The notes: generated by a model not told the origin, from the sequence alone. Positions 9,700 to 20,591 are shown, counted from the first letter of the stretch. The stretch: 32,568 nucleotides of DNA from Prevotellaceae bacterium (GCA_031264875.1 JAISDK010000117.1:1-32568), one strand, 5' to 3'. Made by a program: numbers and translations.

Positions 9700-10743
9700 A
9701 TGAGTGAAGAGATTGAAAAAGTTAAATCGTGGAAAATATTTTTGCCCGTACTCATTGGGCTGGCAGTAATTGCATATATGTTCTACAAAGAATTTGACCC
9801 TTCGACATTTGATGAAATAGATTTTACATGGCTTTCGGTGTTTTGGCTTGTAATGGCTATATTCTGCATCATTGGACGGGATTTCGGTTACATAGTGCGG
9901 ATAAGAGCGCTTTCCGAAAATCAGCTAACCTGGAGGCAGGCGTTTCGGGTGATCATGCTTTGGGAATTTACATCGGCCGTAACACCCTCGTCTGTTGGCG
10001 GAACAAGCGTTGCACTAATATATATTCACAAAGAAGGAATCAGCATCGGCAAAAGTTCGGCAATGGTAATGATGACCTCATTGCTGGATGAAGCGTACTT
10101 TGTGATAATGTTCCCGATACTGGCATTATCCATAGGGGTTAACAACCTTTTCGACATCGAAAATTCTCCCGGCTGGACACACGGAATTTTCTGGCTTGCC
10201 GTGATCGGCTACACAGTCAAGTTTATATGGGTTATAGCGCTTATATATGGAATGTTCGTTAATCCCAAACGACTGGGTAAAATGATATTCGCACTGTTCA
10301 AGCTGCCTTTTCTGAAACGCTGGAAAAGAAGCGCAACCAAGGCCTTGCGCGAAATCGAACTTAGCTCGACGGAACTTAAATCCAAGAAAAAATCGTTTTG
10401 GTTCACAGCTTTTTTAACCACTTTCGTTTCGTGGACCTCGCGTTACTGGATTGTAAACTGTTTGTTTCTGGCCTTCTTTGCCGTGCACGACCATTTTCTT
10501 ATCTTTGCACGTCAGCTGGTTATGTGGATTGCGATGCTGGTAACCCCCACGCCCGGAGGAAGCGGTATAGCCGAAATAATGTTCAGCAATTATCTGGACG
10601 AATTTATTCCCTTTGCGGGATTTGTCGTGGCTTTGGCGCTGTTGTGGAGGCTGGTAACATATTATCCGTACCTTATAATCGGAGTTTTTGTGGTGCCGAA
10701 ATGGATAAGCGACAAGTTCATCAGCAAAAAGAAACAGAATTAG
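9700..10743 (+). CDS. Lysylphosphatidylglycerol-synthase-type transmembrane (flippase-like, UPF0104) domain protein
   Basis: 347 aa and polytopic, with about 8 hydrophobic helices. The C-terminal [11 protein letters not shown] motif is typical of this family. There is no aminoacyl-transferase domain. Confidence 0.6.
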   Translation: MSEEIEKVKSWKIFLPVLIGLAVIAYMFYKEFDPSTFDEIDFTWLSVFWLVMAIFCIIGRDFGYIVRIRALSENQLTWRQAFRVIMLWEFTSAVTPSSVGGTSVALIYIHKEGISIGKSSAMVMMTSLLDEAYFVIMFPILALSIGVNNLFDIENSPGWTHGIFWLAVIGYTVKFIWVIALIYGMFVNPKRLGKMIFALFKLPFLKRWKRSATKALREIELSSTELKSKKKSFWFTAFLTTFVSWTSRYWIVNCLFLAFFAVHDHFLIFARQLVMWIAMLVTPTPGGSGIAEIMFSNYLDEFIPFAGFVVALALLWRLVTYYPYLIIGVFVVPKWISDKFISKKKQN

Positions 10744-10747
10744 CATT

Positions 10748-13009
10748 ATGATTAAAGATATTGAAACAGTTAGAGAATTTTACCTGAATTTTGCCGGTAA
10801 AATCGATAATGTGCGAAAACATATTGCACGCCCGCTTACGTTGTCCGAGAAAATTCTGTATGCACATCTGTATGACGCCAATCAGCTGAAAATATACAAA
10901 AAGGGAGAAGACTACGTGAATTTCCGTCCCGACAGGGTTGCCATGCAGGATGCTACGGCGCAAATGGCCTTATTGCAGTTTATGAACGCGGGAAAGAAAA
11001 AATCGGCCGTGCCGGCAACCGTTCACTGCGATCACCTGATACAGGCAAGCAACGGCGCCGACAGCGATATTGCAGCGGCAGTAAGCAGCAACAGTGAAGT
11101 TTATGATTTTCTGAAAACAGTATCAAACAAATACGGCATAGGATTCTGGAAACCCGGAGCAGGCATCATACACCAGGTAGTTCTGGAAAATTATGCTTTT
11201 CCGGGCGGAATGATGGTCGGCACCGATTCGCATACCCCTAACGCCGGAGGCCTCGGAATGATTGCCATCGGAGTGGGCGGCGCAGATGCTGTGGACGTTA
11301 TGAACGGGATGGAATGGGAATTGAAAATGCCGCAACTGATCGGGGTAAAACTGTCCGGACGTCTTGCCGGATGGGCTTCACCAAAGGATATTATCCTGAA
11401 ACTGGCGGGAATACTCACTGTCAAGGGCGCAACCAATTCTATAGTTGAATATTTCGGAGAAGGAGCATCCTCGCTCTCGGCTACCGGAAAAGCCACTGTC
11501 TGCAATATGGGAGCTGAAATCGGAGCAACGACTTCGATTTTCTCTTTCGATGAAAATATTGCCGAATATCTTCGCAGAACCGGACGCGAAGAAGTTGCCC
11601 GAATGGCTGAAAACATTGCTCCCTACTTACAGGCTGATTCCGAAGTATCGGCAACGCCTTCAAAATATTACGACAGAATTATCGAAATAGACCTTGCGTC
11701 TTTGGAACCGTATATCAACGGGCCGTTTTCGCCCGACGCCGCCGTTCCCGTTTCCGAATTTGCCGCCAAAGTGACCAAAAACAATTATCCGTACAAAATG
11801 GAAGTCGGCCTGATTGGTTCCTGCACCAACTCCTCGTATCAGGATCTAAGCAGGGCGGCATCGGTTGCACGTCAGGCTTTGGACGACAATATCCCAATCG
11901 CCGCCCCGCTGATTATCAATCCGGGATCGGAACAAATCCGCTTTACCGCCGAACGCGACGGTCTGATTGCCGATTTCGAAAAAGCCGGAGCCGTGATTAT
12001 GGCTAATGCCTGCGGACCATGCATCGGACAGTGGAAACGTCATGCCGACAGTGACGAAGACAATACGAGGAAAAATTCCATCGTAACTTCGTTCAACCGT
12101 AATTTTGCCAAACGTGCTGACGGAAATCCGAATACCCACGCTTTTGTTGCCTCTCCAGAGCTGACAATGGCTTTTACCATTGCCGGAGACCTGCGTTTCA
12201 ATCCGCTAACCGACAGGCTGAAAACGGCGGATGGCAGGGAGGTGATGCTGAAAGCGCCACAGGGCGAAGTTTTTCCACCGAAAGGTTTCGAGGTAGAACA
12301 CAGCGGATATGTTGCTCCCGGAACAGGCAGCGAAGATGTGTCGATTGACCCTCATTCGGAACGTTTGCAGTTGTTGCAGCCCTTTCCCCCGGCAAATGAC
12401 AGCGACCTGCAAAACATGACGTTACTCATTAAAGTAGAAGGAAAGTGTACTACCGACCATATATCCATGGCGGGCGTCTGGCTGCGCTTTCGGGGACATC
12501 TGGAAAATATTTCCGACAATATGCTAATGGGGGCAGTGAACGCTTTTAACGGAAAAACCAGTTCGGCGCTCAACAGGCTTACCGGTCATTATGAAGCCGT
12601 TTCGACTGTTGCAAAACAGTATAAAGCAATGCAAATATCTTCCATAGTAGTGGCGGAAGACAATTATGGCGAAGGTTCGTCGAGAGAACATGCCGCTATG
12701 GAACCACGTTTTTTGAATGTCAAGGTGATACTGGCTAAAAGCTTTGCACGTATTCACGAAACAAATCTCAAAAAACAGGGCATGCTCGCCATCACTTTTG
12801 CCGATAAAAACGATTACGGAAAAATCAGGGAAAACGATTACATTTCCGTTGATACTACAGATTTCAAACAGGGAAAACCTCTGACTGTGATTCTCCGACA
12901 TGCCGACGGAACAACAGATGAGTTTAATGCTAACCATACTTACAACGAACTGCAAATAAAATGGTTCAGAGCCGGAAGCGCACTTAACAAATTGAAAATT
13001 GAAAATTGA
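10748..13009 (+). CDS. Aconitate hydratase (mitochondrial-type, about 750 aa)
   Basis: 753 aa. The aconitase signatures are present ([54 protein letters not shown]). Confidence 0.92.
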   Translation: MIKDIETVREFYLNFAGKIDNVRKHIARPLTLSEKILYAHLYDANQLKIYKKGEDYVNFRPDRVAMQDATAQMALLQFMNAGKKKSAVPATVHCDHLIQASNGADSDIAAAVSSNSEVYDFLKTVSNKYGIGFWKPGAGIIHQVVLENYAFPGGMMVGTDSHTPNAGGLGMIAIGVGGADAVDVMNGMEWELKMPQLIGVKLSGRLAGWASPKDIILKLAGILTVKGATNSIVEYFGEGASSLSATGKATVCNMGAEIGATTSIFSFDENIAEYLRRTGREEVARMAENIAPYLQADSEVSATPSKYYDRIIEIDLASLEPYINGPFSPDAAVPVSEFAAKVTKNNYPYKMEVGLIGSCTNSSYQDLSRAASVARQALDDNIPIAAPLIINPGSEQIRFTAERDGLIADFEKAGAVIMANACGPCIGQWKRHADSDEDNTRKNSIVTSFNRNFAKRADGNPNTHAFVASPELTMAFTIAGDLRFNPLTDRLKTADGREVMLKAPQGEVFPPKGFEVEHSGYVAPGTGSEDVSIDPHSERLQLLQPFPPANDSDLQNMTLLIKVEGKCTTDHISMAGVWLRFRGHLENISDNMLMGAVNAFNGKTSSALNRLTGHYEAVSTVAKQYKAMQISSIVVAEDNYGEGSSREHAAMEPRFLNVKVILAKSFARIHETNLKKQGMLAITFADKNDYGKIRENDYISVDTTDFKQGKPLTVILRHADGTTDEFNANHTYNELQIKWFRAGSALNKLKIEN

Positions 13010-13109
13010 AAATTTCGTGCCGGATGAGAAACTGTAACTGTCTTTTTATGTGAGTGACTATTGGCTCAGTTAAAGACAAAAGCCAAAAATTATTTTTAAT
13101 ACTAACTTT

Positions 13110-13218
13110 TATACTGCGCTCGGTGTAAAATTGTGAGATAAAAATGTGGTGATTCTTCATGTCTTATGACGCTGTAGGCGTCTGAGATCAATAATGACGC
13201 AATTCACAAAACTCACCA
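13110..13218. repeat. Degenerate third copy of the inner module of the repeat family seen at 67-228
   Basis: tatactgcgc..N..ttgtgagata (13110-13140) resembles 67-98. ttcacaaaactcac (about 13203-13216) resembles 201-210. A small hairpin, gacgc-tgtag-gcgtc, is at 13168-13182. Confidence 0.4.
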
Positions 13219-13382
13219 TTTAGCTATTTCTTCTTTTATATTCGCTATAAGTTTAGGGAACTTCTCTTTCGTCGAGTTTAAAACCATGCTGTCTTTTGTC
13301 ATTGCTGCGTTTGAAGATTATTTGTATATAATGCAAAATATAATATCTCATTTCCGAAAATTACCTGTAAAATTCGTCGCTC

Positions 13383-13571
13383 ATTGCCGGCAATATTTCA
13401 TTTATTGCCAGCAATATTTCATTTATTGCCGGCAATATTTCATTTATTGCTGGCAATATGTCATTTATTGCTGGCAATATTTCTCATATTGCTGGCAATA
13501 TGTCGCATATTGCCAGCAATACGTCGCATATTGCTAGCAATATTTCATTTATTGCCAGCAATGTGCCGCTC
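13383..13571. repeat. Nine tandem 21-bp units, each carrying an ATTGC-N2-GCAAT palindrome
   Basis: Units start at 13383, 13404, 13425, 13446, 13467, 13488, 13509, 13530 and 13551. The cores are attgccggcaat, attgccagcaat, attgctggcaat and attgctagcaat. The half-sites are invariant and only the central 2 nt vary. The array is intergenic. Confidence 0.9.
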
Positions 13572-13600
13572 ATTTTTTCAGCGAACTGTTCATTTTTTTG

Positions 13601-13729
13601 TTATCTGTTAAGTGCATTGACCGGATTTTCGCGGCTTGTTTTATAGACCCGTCCGCCGACACAGAGGACAATAACCATAATCAGCGCGAGTAATATTGAC
13701 AGATAAATCCATGCGCTTATTTCGGTTTG
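13601..13729 (-). pseudogene. Possible relic of the C-terminus of an FtsX/MacB-type ABC permease
   Basis: A 42-codon open stretch on the minus strand reads QTEISAWIYLSILLALIMVIVLCVGGRVYKTSRENPVNALNR*. That is a TM helix followed by a basic segment and an NPVxAL tail, as at FtsX-family C-termini. An in-frame stop lies immediately upstream and there is no plausible full gene. Confidence 0.35.
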
Positions 13730-13833
13730 TTATATCATATATTTTGCCCTGATTACTGCAGTTTGTTTTGCCTGTAAACATAGGAAGTTTTTTAGTACTT
13801 TCGCCGTCCGAAACTATAGGATATATTATATAT

Positions 13834-14490
13834 ATGTATAAAAAATACGAGGCAATTATTTTCGATCTGGACGGAACTCTGATAAATTCTATTCCCGATA
13901 TTGCCGATTCGGTGAACGAAGTACTGTCGGGATACGGATATCCGCAATACAGTTACAGTCAGTATAAATACTTTGTGGGCAACGGGATAAGGCGGCTTGT
14001 GGAGCGATGTATTCCTCCCGAACATGCAACTCTCGAAAATATAGAGAATATTCACAGAACGGTGGTCGAAGTCTATGGAAATAACTGCGTAAACAAAACA
14101 CGTGTATATGACGGTATTTATGAGTTACTTGACGGCCTGTCGGCAAAACAGATAAAAAAGGCGATACTGTCGAACAAAACCGACAGCATCACGCAAAAGA
14201 TATGTGACAAACTGTTTTACAACAGTTGTTTCGACACAATACTCGGTGCAACGGACAGTTTCCCCAAAAAGCCGAATCCCAAGTCGGCGCTTTTCGTTGC
14301 CGAAAGCCTTTCCGTGTCTCCCGACAGGGTTTTCTATCTTGGCGACACGAGCATTGACATGGAAACGGCCTGTGCCGCAGGTTTTTTTCCGGCAGGGGTA
14401 TCGTGGGGATTCCGTCCGGTGGAAGAACTGGCCAGCTTCGGGGCAAAGTTTATTGCAGACAGCCCGATAGACTGTCTGCATTTTTTTTGA
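13834..14490 (+). CDS. HAD-IA family hydrolase, phosphoglycolate-phosphatase-like
   Basis: Motif I FDLDGTL, motif II SNK, and motifs III/IV KKPNP...GDTSIDMETA are present. I prefer the ATG at 13834 (MYKKYEAIIFDLDGT) over the upstream ORF start at 13768. Confidence 0.8.
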   Translation: MYKKYEAIIFDLDGTLINSIPDIADSVNEVLSGYGYPQYSYSQYKYFVGNGIRRLVERCIPPEHATLENIENIHRTVVEVYGNNCVNKTRVYDGIYELLDGLSAKQIKKAILSNKTDSITQKICDKLFYNSCFDTILGATDSFPKKPNPKSALFVAESLSVSPDRVFYLGDTSIDMETACAAGFFPAGVSWGFRPVEELASFGAKFIADSPIDCLHFF

Positions 14491-14502
14491 CAGGCGGTTA
14501 CG

Positions 14503-15483
14503 TCAGTTCGGCTTATATTTCGCCTGTTCGAATATTTTGTGATAATCGTCGTTGTCCATCAGTTCCCGGAGACTTTGGGGATTGTTTTTCATATACTTTG
14601 CTATTATATTGTATCCAATCCAGTTACAGGCTCTGCCGGGCGATTCGTGAGTAAACTGAGTGGTATTCGGAGCAGGCTCCGTCAGTTTTCTAATCTCAAA
14701 AGGGTTTGTTGAGAACAGCAGTTTCTCTTCAATCAGAGTTATCCACATGGTTTTTTCGTTATTTTTACACCAGCGTAGATGGTCGGCTGTAAATCCGAAT
14801 ATTAGCGAATCGGCTTCGTCGGGCAGAATCATTTTCGTGGCATAAAGAATTTTCCCTTCAAACAGCATTTTCGAAATCAGGTCATTGTTTTTTCTCGTAT
14901 CCAATGCCCATTCGCTGTCTGTCCAGGCTGCGATGTAATCGGAAGCGATTTTTTCGGGATACATGTTTCGCGACATGTATTTGTGAAATTTCAGTTTGCT
15001 GTAAAATTCGTAGTCCGCTCCCAGATACTTGTCCAGCCCGATGGCAAGAACGCTGTCTGTCAATATAAGAGACTGATTGTATCCCGAAATGTACGTGTAA
15101 ACTTTCGGGACAGGCTTGTCGGGAAAATAGTAGCGGTAGTATTTGAAAGCCTCGGTGAGCTTTCCGGTAAGTTTCCTCAAGTCGGGATACTGCTTTTTCA
15201 CATCGCTGTATGCCTGCATAACAATGGAATCGGTTTTGAACATATTGAAATATTCATTGAACGAACTGTCCCTGCAGTTTCCAATATCAAGAATACCTTC
15301 GGTATATAAGTCGAAGAATATCCCGTATTTATTGTGCAGGCTGTCAACGGGGCTGTTGAAAATATCCATGTCCAGGCGCTGTATTTCCATACTGAGGCTG
15401 ATATTCGAGATATCAGGCTTTTCGCTTTGACACGCAGCCAGCAGGCATGTTAAACATGCGATAGCAAAACAGTTTTTTTTCAT
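14503..15483 (-). CDS. gldB: Gliding motility lipoprotein GldB
   Basis: 326 aa with a lipoprotein signal (LLAAC|QSE). The C-terminal ESPGRACNWIGYNII...FEQAKYKPN and the central YYFPDKPVPKVYTYISG match my recollection of the GldB family. Confidence 0.7.
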   Translation of the reverse strand: MKKNCFAIACLTCLLAACQSEKPDISNISLSMEIQRLDMDIFNSPVDSLHNKYGIFFDLYTEGILDIGNCRDSSFNEYFNMFKTDSIVMQAYSDVKKQYPDLRKLTGKLTEAFKYYRYYFPDKPVPKVYTYISGYNQSLILTDSVLAIGLDKYLGADYEFYSKLKFHKYMSRNMYPEKIASDYIAAWTDSEWALDTRKNNDLISKMLFEGKILYATKMILPDEADSLIFGFTADHLRWCKNNEKTMWITLIEEKLLFSTNPFEIRKLTEPAPNTTQFTHESPGRACNWIGYNIIAKYMKNNPQSLRELMDNDDYHKIFEQAKYKPN

Positions 15484-15506
15484 GATTTTCTGCTACAGAT
15501 TTAATT

Positions 15507-17039
<1,533 letters not shown>

Positions 17040-17079
17040 TTATATATATTTACTGTCCCTTTACAGGGTAATTAACGCG

Positions 17080-17087
17080 CAAAAGTA
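17080..17087 (-). promoter_or_regulatory. Candidate -7 box (TActTTTGcg on the minus strand) upstream of atpD
   Basis: The plus strand reads caaaagta preceded by gcg, 41 nt upstream of the atpD ATG. Confidence 0.35.
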
Positions 17088-17159
17088 AGAAAAAACGGTG
17101 AATGTACAAATTAAACCGTCGTGTTAAAGTGTTGCATATACCTGTTGTTTTTAACATTT

Positions 17160-18716
17160 TCAGGCTCCTACTACTGTAACTGTTTTTCCGTTTACCGTTT
17201 TCCTGTGTATATAGATTTTATCGCTCCATTTGATTTTCTTGCGACGGTCGAAAACAACCATCCATCCTTCGTTGCAGCCGCATGTATCCATGTAGCGGAC
17301 AGTCTGTTGCAGACCCTTTTCCAGATATTTGACGCCATAGCATATTTTCAGTTCTATTGGATATTTCCTGTCCCCATATATAATGCAAAGATCGATGCGA
17401 CCCGCACCTATCGCCATTTCGCGGATAATCTGTCCGCCTCCATTGACCACCCTTTGCAGAAATGCCATCATCACCAGATGCGGCGCCGCTTCCCGGTAGT
17501 CAATTTTTTTCATGTACATTTCGCTGTTTTCGCGCCAAAACTGCTGAAAGTCACGCATCAGGTAATCCATGTCTATCTGTCCGTTCTTCAGATAGCGGGG
17601 CATCTCATACGGGTATTGCGGGTCTTTCAGAGCTTCCTGTGCGGAAAATGACAGTTTGCGTATAATTATTTCAGCATAAATGGGATTTGCCGGTTTTACT
17701 ATTGAGTTCACCACGCAAATCAGTCCCAAATCCTGTGCATACAGAAAATCGTCCGATTCCCTGTCGATAAGTTCTTCGCCGAGTATTAAGGGTTCTATTA
17801 CACTGCGTACCCGTTCTTCCTTAAGCCGTTCGAGCAGGCTGTCGATATGTGTGGGACGATTGAGGATAATATTTTGAATAGCTTCGTTCACCAGTTCTGC
17901 CGTGACGGGTTTTGAATAGTCCGACTGCAACAGTTTCACAATCGCTTCGCGGGCAATGGCATTAACTATCCATGGCTGTCCCTGCGTCTGTTCCCATGCA
18001 AGTTCAATAGCATCCTCTTCAAATTTCTGTCCGTTTTCTTCGGTATGCTGCCGGTAAAGGGAGGCGATTTCTTCCCTGGTGAAATTGTTCAGTGTAAAAG
18101 TCTCCGTAACTATGTTAAACGGACTTGCACTGCCGAGCGTCTGCCCGTCGGGACGCACCTTTGCCTTATAGTCGCGAATGTTACGCATACCAACCAGAGC
18201 TATGGAATGTACAAAAGGCACTGTGCTACGGTCATTATAACCGTCCCGCAATTGACGGAGGAAGGATATTAATGTTCCTTCGCTAAGGCAGTCGGCTTCG
18301 TCGAATAACATAACCAAAGGTTTGTCAAGCAACATGCAAAACAGTGTAAGCTCGGTATTTAATACCCCTGTAAAATTATCATAATCGGCTTCCTGTGCAA
18401 ATTCAGCGCTGTGAGGAATACCCGAAAATCGAAGTGTATTTTTAATCTTTTTTACAATTTCCGGTATGCCTTCTTTCGGTTCGCCAATCTCCTGCATACG
18501 TTCCAGAGAGCAATATACAGCGTAATATCTTCCCGATTCGTTGAGCCGCCGAGCCAAATCTCTGATATAGGTTGTTTTCCCGCTCTGGCGCGCCGCATGA
18601 ATAACAAAGTACTGTTTCTCGTCAATCAACTGTTCCACGCCTTTCAATCGGGTAGAAGCTTCTATCATATAATGTTCGTTACTGTTACAGGGTCCTGCTA
18701 TGTTGAAGTATCGCAT
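17160..18716 (-). CDS. P-loop ATPase (AAA/ORC-like) fused to a C-terminal PD-(D/E)XK nuclease-like module
   Basis: 518 aa. The N-terminus is MRYFNIAGPCNSNEHYM. Walker A is AARQSGKTT and Walker B is LVMLFDEAD. The C-terminal GAGRIDLCIIYGDRKYPIELK has the D...E-x-K restriction-endonuclease-fold pattern. Confidence 0.65.
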   Translation of the reverse strand: MRYFNIAGPCNSNEHYMIEASTRLKGVEQLIDEKQYFVIHAARQSGKTTYIRDLARRLNESGRYYAVYCSLERMQEIGEPKEGIPEIVKKIKNTLRFSGIPHSAEFAQEADYDNFTGVLNTELTLFCMLLDKPLVMLFDEADCLSEGTLISFLRQLRDGYNDRSTVPFVHSIALVGMRNIRDYKAKVRPDGQTLGSASPFNIVTETFTLNNFTREEIASLYRQHTEENGQKFEEDAIELAWEQTQGQPWIVNAIAREAIVKLLQSDYSKPVTAELVNEAIQNIILNRPTHIDSLLERLKEERVRSVIEPLILGEELIDRESDDFLYAQDLGLICVVNSIVKPANPIYAEIIIRKLSFSAQEALKDPQYPYEMPRYLKNGQIDMDYLMRDFQQFWRENSEMYMKKIDYREAAPHLVMMAFLQRVVNGGGQIIREMAIGAGRIDLCIIYGDRKYPIELKICYGVKYLEKGLQQTVRYMDTCGCNEGWMVVFDRRKKIKWSDKIYIHRKTVNGKTVTVVGA

Positions 18717-18833
18717 CGTTATAAAAATTTAATTTCACTTTTCTCATTTTCACTTTTATGATTATTGCTGTCATTATAATAACATTATAATGTGACATAA
18801 AAAATCGCAGACAAAAGTATAAAAAAATATTTA

Positions 18834-18841
18834 TACATTTG
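18834..18841 (+). promoter_or_regulatory. Candidate -7 box TAcaTTTG for the six-gene operon
   Basis: tacatttg lies 42 nt upstream of the ATG at 18883, in an AT-rich divergent intergenic region. A mirror box for the minus-strand gene (caaaagta) is at 18812-18819. Confidence 0.35.
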
Positions 18842-18882
18842 TCCCCCGAAAATATATCGAATATATAAATAAAGTAAATATA

Positions 18883-19512
18883 ATGAACTGCAAAATAGTA
18901 GGATACGACTATAAAAGCCTGGAAGTGGAACTCAATCCCTCGGAAAGTTTTTTCTGCGAAAAAGGCGCTCTTGTATATCACGAAAACGGTATCGAAAAGG
19001 ATGTTAGAGTAATAGACAAAGGATTAGGCGGTATGCTGAAACGCAAAATATCGGGCGAAAGCATCTTTCTGGTAGAGTTGAACAACCGGTCAGGCGCAGC
19101 GAAAAAAATGCTGATTTCAGGAAAAATGGGGCTGATTCCTGTTGATTTAAAACTGTTTGGAGGCGAAATCATTTGCCGTGCAGGCTATTATGTCGCCTCC
19201 AACAGGAACGTGGACGTTAACTTTTCACTCAACCTGTCATCCTTGATAAGCGACATGCAGCTGGCCATGCAGAAAATATCCGGTGACGCCACCGTTTTCC
19301 TTGATTCTGTCGGTTCGGCTATACGTTTGGACGTCAAAGCAGAATCGTCCGTCTATGTCGATGAAAAACACTTTATTTGTATCAATGCCGGCTCGATAGG
19401 CAATCTTCAGTCCACATTTTCCGCAAGAGGCTTTTTGGGAGGCGAAGGACTGTCGATGTATCACATCACCGGCCCTGCCACAGTGTATGTTTCCACACAG
19501 CAAACGAAATAA
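18883..19512 (+). CDS. AIM24 / TIGR00266 (DUF124) family protein
   Basis: 209 aa. It starts like the family (MNCKIVGYDYKSLEVELNPSESFFCEKGALVY), contains the ..GESIF.. motif and ends GEGLSMYHITGPATVYVS. Confidence 0.75.
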   Translation: MNCKIVGYDYKSLEVELNPSESFFCEKGALVYHENGIEKDVRVIDKGLGGMLKRKISGESIFLVELNNRSGAAKKMLISGKMGLIPVDLKLFGGEIICRAGYYVASNRNVDVNFSLNLSSLISDMQLAMQKISGDATVFLDSVGSAIRLDVKAESSVYVDEKHFICINAGSIGNLQSTFSARGFLGGEGLSMYHITGPATVYVSTQQTK

Positions 19513-19524
19513 AAATTATTTATT

Positions 19525-20580
19525 ATGAGACGATTACCTATATATTTTCTAATTGACGTTTCCGAATCCATGGTTGGAGAGCCTGTCGGTCTGGTGCAGG
19601 ATGGAATGTCAACAATAATAAAAGACCTGCGTACAGACCCTTACGCCCTGGAAACAGTCTATATTTCCATTATTGCTTTCGCCGGAAAAGCACAGAAAAT
19701 CACGCCACTGATGGAGTTATTCAACTTTTATCCGCCCAAGCTTCCTGTCGGAGGCGGCACTTCCCTCGGTAAAGCCCTTGATTTTTTGATGAACGATATA
19801 TCCGGCTCGGTAAAGAAAACTACCCTGGAAGAAAAAGGTGACTGGAAACCAATTGTTTTTCTGTTCACCGACGGTAACCCAACCGACAATTTCGACAGCA
19901 GCTTTGAACGCTGGAATCAAAAATACCGTCGAAGTGCAAACCTGATTGTCGTTGCCATAGGAACAGGGATTGACACGGGTATTTTCGGCAAAATAACCGA
20001 TAATATTCTGGTACTTAAAGATACGGATGCCGAATCTTTCAGAAAATTCTTCAAATGGGTTACGGCCTCTATCAAGACAAGCAGCGTGAGCGTCAGTGAA
20101 ATCAACGACGATGAACTGCATCTGGCTCCCGTAGGCAATGACGGATATTTATCCAAAATCAATTTGAACAAACATCAGGCACACGCGAAAATAGACGACA
20201 ATTATGCGGTCATATTAGCCAAATGCCAGACCACAAAACAGCCTTACCTTATTAAATACCGGAAAAGAATTTCATCCGGACAGTATTCCGAATTTGCTAT
20301 GGATGTGGTGGACTATAAGCTTGTAGGAGCCTATCCTGTAGATAATACCTATTTTGAATTATCGGAAAACACCGAAAGCGGCAGTAAAATAAACACCAGT
20401 TCCTTATCCGGATTTCCGGCATGTCCCTGTTGCGGAAACCAGTACGGATTCAGTTACTGTTCATGCGGAAAAGTGATATGCACCGGTGAAGAGGAAATTA
20501 CAAAATGTCCGTGGTGCGGAGTAGAAGCGCATTTCGGTTTTGGCGAAGGAAGTGCAGATATAACAAGAACAAAAGGTTAA
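19525..20580 (+). CDS. TerY-like von Willebrand factor A (vWA) protein with a C-terminal Cys-rich Zn-ribbon domain
   Basis: 351 aa. The N-terminus MRRLPIYFLIDVSESM carries the MIDAS DxSxS motif (Asp codon at 19555). GGGTSLG and FLFTDGNPTD are also present. The C-terminal CPCCGN..YCSCGKVIC..CPWCG falls at nt 20422-20520. Confidence 0.8.
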   Translation: MRRLPIYFLIDVSESMVGEPVGLVQDGMSTIIKDLRTDPYALETVYISIIAFAGKAQKITPLMELFNFYPPKLPVGGGTSLGKALDFLMNDISGSVKKTTLEEKGDWKPIVFLFTDGNPTDNFDSSFERWNQKYRRSANLIVVAIGTGIDTGIFGKITDNILVLKDTDAESFRKFFKWVTASIKTSSVSVSEINDDELHLAPVGNDGYLSKINLNKHQAHAKIDDNYAVILAKCQTTKQPYLIKYRKRISSGQYSEFAMDVVDYKLVGAYPVDNTYFELSENTESGSKINTSSLSGFPACPCCGNQYGFSYCSCGKVICTGEEEITKCPWCGVEAHFGFGEGSADITRTKG

Positions 20581-20591
20581 TATGTATATTT

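Noticed and set aside
9690-10748. clpC, the LPG-synthase-like gene and aconitase are tightly spaced and might form a functional unit.
   Set aside because: Short gaps of 4-9 nt suggest co-transcription, but the functions are unrelated housekeeping ones and nothing in the sequence suggests a system.
13383-13571. Could the 21-bp periodic array be a CRISPR array?
   Set aside because: The units are directly adjacent with no unique spacers. The period is far shorter than repeat-plus-spacer, and no cas genes are present.
13286-13646. Three overlapping plus-strand ORFs (83, 75 and 62 aa) run across the tandem array.
   Set aside because: All three frames are open only because the repeat lacks stop codons. 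The products are repetitive (CRQYFIY / LPAIFHL / IAGNISH), and no start context or promoter-like box is visible.
15484-15506. atpD is followed after 23 nt by gldB, with no atpC (epsilon) gene.
   Set aside because: This may simply reflect lineage-specific atp gene organisation, with atpC elsewhere. It cannot be evaluated from this window.
20505-20591. The ORF-track start of the phosphatase at 20505 overlaps the vWA gene.
   Set aside because: The extra 29 residues are Arg/Lys-rich out-of-frame read-through of the vWA Zn-ribbon region. The ATG at 20592 restores the 11-14 nt spacing seen at the other junctions of the operon.
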